This document shows positions 42,400 through 44,564 of a DNA stretch of 44,564 bases, piece after piece. This stretch comes from an uncultured Chitinophagaceae bacterium (lineage in GTDB: Bacteria; Bacteroidota; Bacteroidia; Chitinophagales; LD1). Position 1 is the first letter of the stretch. Every line of letters begins with the position of its first letter. The notes beneath the pieces are model-generated. The model worked only from the letters and a program-made list of their open reading frames with translations. It was not told the DNA's origin and did no database searches. The DNA lies in the NCBI GenBank assembly GCA_964605875.1, contig CAZSEG010000008.1, positions 1 to 44,564 of the forward strand, read 5' to 3'. The translations under genes were made by a program, and so were the position numbers.

Positions 42400-42482
42400 C
42401 AACAATCCTAATCAACTATTAAAATATCAATACTTTTGCAGGATGAAATTATTAGGAACTGATTTGAATATTGGCTGTTGTT

Positions 42483-42498
42483 CCCCTCTTGAGAGGGG
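42483..42498. repeat. Short GC-rich hairpin (CCCCTCttgaGAGGGG) followed by GGGGTGTG; REP-like
   Basis: Seen directly. It resembles the 'SPLERG/GVG'-type intergenic repeats found widely in Bacteroidota. A TActTTTG box lies upstream at 42431-42438. Confidence 0.4.
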
Positions 42499-42581
42499 TT
42501 AGGGGTGTGTTTTGTGTTCAGAAAAAATAATAATCATACATTTTCCAACCATAGAAACTATTTGAAATCTTAATTACAGGA

Positions 42582-44030
42582 ATGACTTCAACCAACCAGC
42601 AAACAATCAAAAAAGCCTTTTCTCTTAGCGGAGTCGGCTTGCATACAGGGCAAACAGTTACTTTAAATTTTCTTCCCGCAGCGCCCAACCACGGCATCAA
42701 ATTTCAGCGTATTGACCTGCCCGAAAAGCCCGTTGTGCCTGCCGATATTGATTTGGTGGTGAGCGTTGAACGCGGCACCACTTTAGATAAAAACGGTGTG
42801 AAAATCGCCACCGTTGAGCACCTGATGGCGGCTTGTCTCGGTTTGCAGATTGATAACTTACTGATTGAACTCAACGGCATGGAAATCCCCATCATGGACG
42901 GAAGTTCGCAGCCCTATATTGAAGCATTTGAAAAAGCAGGCATTCAGGAGCAAAACGAGTTTCGCGAAACCTTTGAATTGCGCCATCCTATTTCCTACAT
43001 TGATAAAGACTCGGGTGTTGAAATGCTTGCCATGCCCAGCGACCGCTACCGCGTTACGGCAATGATTGACTACAAATCTCCGGTGCTCGGGCAGCAACAC
43101 GCTTCGTTAGATAACCTTGCCGATTTCAAAAAGGAATTTGCGGGCAGCCGCACGTTTTGCTTTTTACATGAATTAGAAATGTTGTTTGATGCAGGCTTGA
43201 TAAAAGGTGGCGATTTAAACAATGCCATTGTGGTGGTTGACAAACAAATTGATGAAAAAGAGATTGAACGCCTTGCCACAATTTTTGAAAAACCCGACAT
43301 CACGGTGGTGGAAGAAGGTATCTTGAACAACGTAAAGCTGCGCCACCCCAACGAGCCTGCGCGCCATAAGCTGTTGGATATTGTTGGTGATTTGGCTTTG
43401 ATAGGCATTCCTTTCAATGCGCAGATTATTGCCACGCGCCCGGGACACAAATCCAATGTTGAGTTTGGGAAAAAGATAAAAGCCTACATCAAAAAAGCGC
43501 GTATGCAGGATGACGCGCCTGAGTATGATGTAAACGCACAACCGATTTATGATTCGGTGCAGATAAAAAAGACTTTGCCGCATCGCTACCCATTTGCTTT
43601 GGTGGACAAAATCATCAAGCTCACCGAGCGCGAAGTGGTGGGTGTGAAAAACGTAACCTTCAACGAAGAGTTTTTTCAGGGACACTTTCCCGATAACCCT
43701 GTAATGCCGGGCGTGTTGCAGATTGAAGCATTAGCGCAAACGGGCGGCATCTTGGTACTGCGCGAATACCCCGACCCCGAAAACTACGATACTTACTTTT
43801 TGAAAATTGATAAAGCCAAATTCAAACAGAAAGTATTGCCGGGCGATACGCTTTTATTAAAAATGGAACTGCTTGCGCCTGTGCGCAGAGGCATTGTAGA
43901 AATGAAAGGCACCGCATTTGTAGGTAACAAAATGGTGTGTGAAGCCGAACTGATGGCGCGCGTGGTGCGCAGAGAGCCTGCGGGCAACAAACCCGCTTCT
44001 GCTAAGGAGGCAAAGCAAGTGAGCAGTTAA
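42582..44030 (+). CDS. lpxC/fabZ: Bifunctional UDP-3-O-acyl-GlcNAc deacetylase / 3-hydroxyacyl-ACP dehydratase (LpxC-FabZ fusion)
   Basis: 482 aa. LpxC 'GVGLHTG', 'TVEHLMAA', 'HKLLDIVGDLAL'. FabZ 'LPHRYPFALVDKI', 'FFQGHFPDNPVMPGVLQIEALAQ'. This fusion is characteristic of Bacteroidota. Confidence 0.95.
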   Translation: MTSTNQQTIKKAFSLSGVGLHTGQTVTLNFLPAAPNHGIKFQRIDLPEKPVVPADIDLVVSVERGTTLDKNGVKIATVEHLMAACLGLQIDNLLIELNGMEIPIMDGSSQPYIEAFEKAGIQEQNEFRETFELRHPISYIDKDSGVEMLAMPSDRYRVTAMIDYKSPVLGQQHASLDNLADFKKEFAGSRTFCFLHELEMLFDAGLIKGGDLNNAIVVVDKQIDEKEIERLATIFEKPDITVVEEGILNNVKLRHPNEPARHKLLDIVGDLALIGIPFNAQIIATRPGHKSNVEFGKKIKAYIKKARMQDDAPEYDVNAQPIYDSVQIKKTLPHRYPFALVDKIIKLTEREVVGVKNVTFNEEFFQGHFPDNPVMPGVLQIEALAQTGGILVLREYPDPENYDTYFLKIDKAKFKQKVLPGDTLLLKMELLAPVRRGIVEMKGTAFVGNKMVCEAELMARVVRREPAGNKPASAKEAKQVSS

Positions 44031-44123
44031 ATAGATAATTAAATACAACTGTTGCAAAACAAGGTTCAGTTTTAGTTGTCAGTTTGTTTTTATTGCAGCG
44101 CATTAAAACACGAACTGATTTCA

Positions 44124-44564
44124 ATGAAGGCTTTGCTGATATATCTTGTTACGCTCATCAATCAACCCGCTCAACAGCCGCAAATAATCAACGAGCCTTT
44201 GCCTGTATTTCCAACCGAAGATTTTCGCTCTCCGGTGGACATTCCCATTTCGCTGGCGGGCAACTTTGGCGAGCCGCGCAGGTTGCATTTTCACACAGGG
44301 CTGGACATTCGCACCAATCAGCAGGAAGGTTTAAATATTTACTCGGTTGCCGATGGTTATGTCAGCCGCATCAACATCAGCGGAAGCGGCTACGGCAAAG
44401 CGGTTTACATCACCCACACCAATGGTTATGTGTCGGTGTATGCGCATCTGCAAAAATTAGTGGGCAGGTTTGCCGAGCGTTTGGAACAGGAGCAATACAA
44501 GCAGGAATCTTTTGCCGTTGATTTCAATTTAAAGCCCGATGAGCTGCCCTTTTTCACGGGCAGC
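44124..44564 (+). CDS. M23 family metallopeptidase (partial, runs off the 3' end of the window)
   Basis: Open frame from the ATG at 44124 to the window end (147 codons, no stop), absent from the ORF track. 'FRSPVDIPISLAGNFGEPRRLHFHTGLDIRT' (HxxxD) and 'GYGKAVYITHTNGYVSVYAHL' are typical of M23/LytM. Confidence 0.8.
   Translation, partial: MKALLIYLVTLINQPAQQPQIINEPLPVFPTEDFRSPVDIPISLAGNFGEPRRLHFHTGLDIRTNQQEGLNIYSVADGYVSRINISGSGYGKAVYITHTNGYVSVYAHLQKLVGRFAERLEQEQYKQESFAVDFNLKPDELPFFTGS

Noticed and set aside
44084-44521. 145-aa ORF from the track ('MFLLQRIKTRTDF...').
   Set aside because: It is an out-of-frame shadow of the real gene. The frame starting at ATG 44124 encodes clear M23 peptidase motifs (HFHTGLD, YAHL) and stays open to the window end. 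The track ORF is Arg/Gln/His-rich with no recognisable motif.
1-44564. Scan for CRISPR arrays, rRNA or tRNA genes, transposases, integrases, and toxin-antitoxin or known defence-system genes.
   Set aside because: I recognised none by eye. The only repeats are the wzm/wzt junction duplicate, gene paralogues and two short REP-like hairpins.

Overview
This is a Bacteroidota-type chromosomal window, judged from the fused lpxC/fabZ gene, TAnnTTTG-type promoter boxes, and tightly overlapping operons. The flanks are housekeeping genes. On the left: parC, a TPR/GT-C membrane protein, a GNAT, a class I aminotransferase and trxA. On the right: recQ, manC, an HD phosphohydrolase, lpxD, a small lipoprotein, lpxC/fabZ and a 3'-truncated M23 peptidase that the ORF track missed.

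Between about 8.1 and 35.7 kb lies an AT-rich accessory locus of roughly 24 ORFs, which is the interesting part. It holds three gene sets that do not usually occur together:
- (a) ABC-transporter-dependent glycan genes: wzm, wzt with a C-terminal extension, two GT-A paralogues, a GT4 domain, a GDP-mannose 3,5-epimerase homologue, a nucleotide-sugar dehydrogenase and two SGNH hydrolase paralogues.
- (b) A terpenoid/secondary-metabolite-type tailoring block: two PhyH Fe/2OG oxygenases, two P450s (one fused to a domain carrying the class II terpene-cyclase DxDDTA motif), a SAM methyltransferase, a radical SAM enzyme whose SPASM/twitch-like Cys motif sits N-terminal to the core, a UbiA prenyltransferase fused to GT4, and a possible PT-barrel protein.
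- (c) Poorly understood membrane proteins: two HTTM (vitamin-K carboxylase-like) paralogues, one LMF1-like protein and two transglutaminase-fold proteins.

Four proteins clearly, and possibly six, share an N-terminal 'WYP' transmembrane module. A decayed duplicate of the wzm/wzt junction shows that the LMF1-like gene was inserted between wzm and wzt. I saw no CRISPR array, rRNA or tRNA gene, transposase or integrase. All functional calls come from motif recognition by eye, not database searches.
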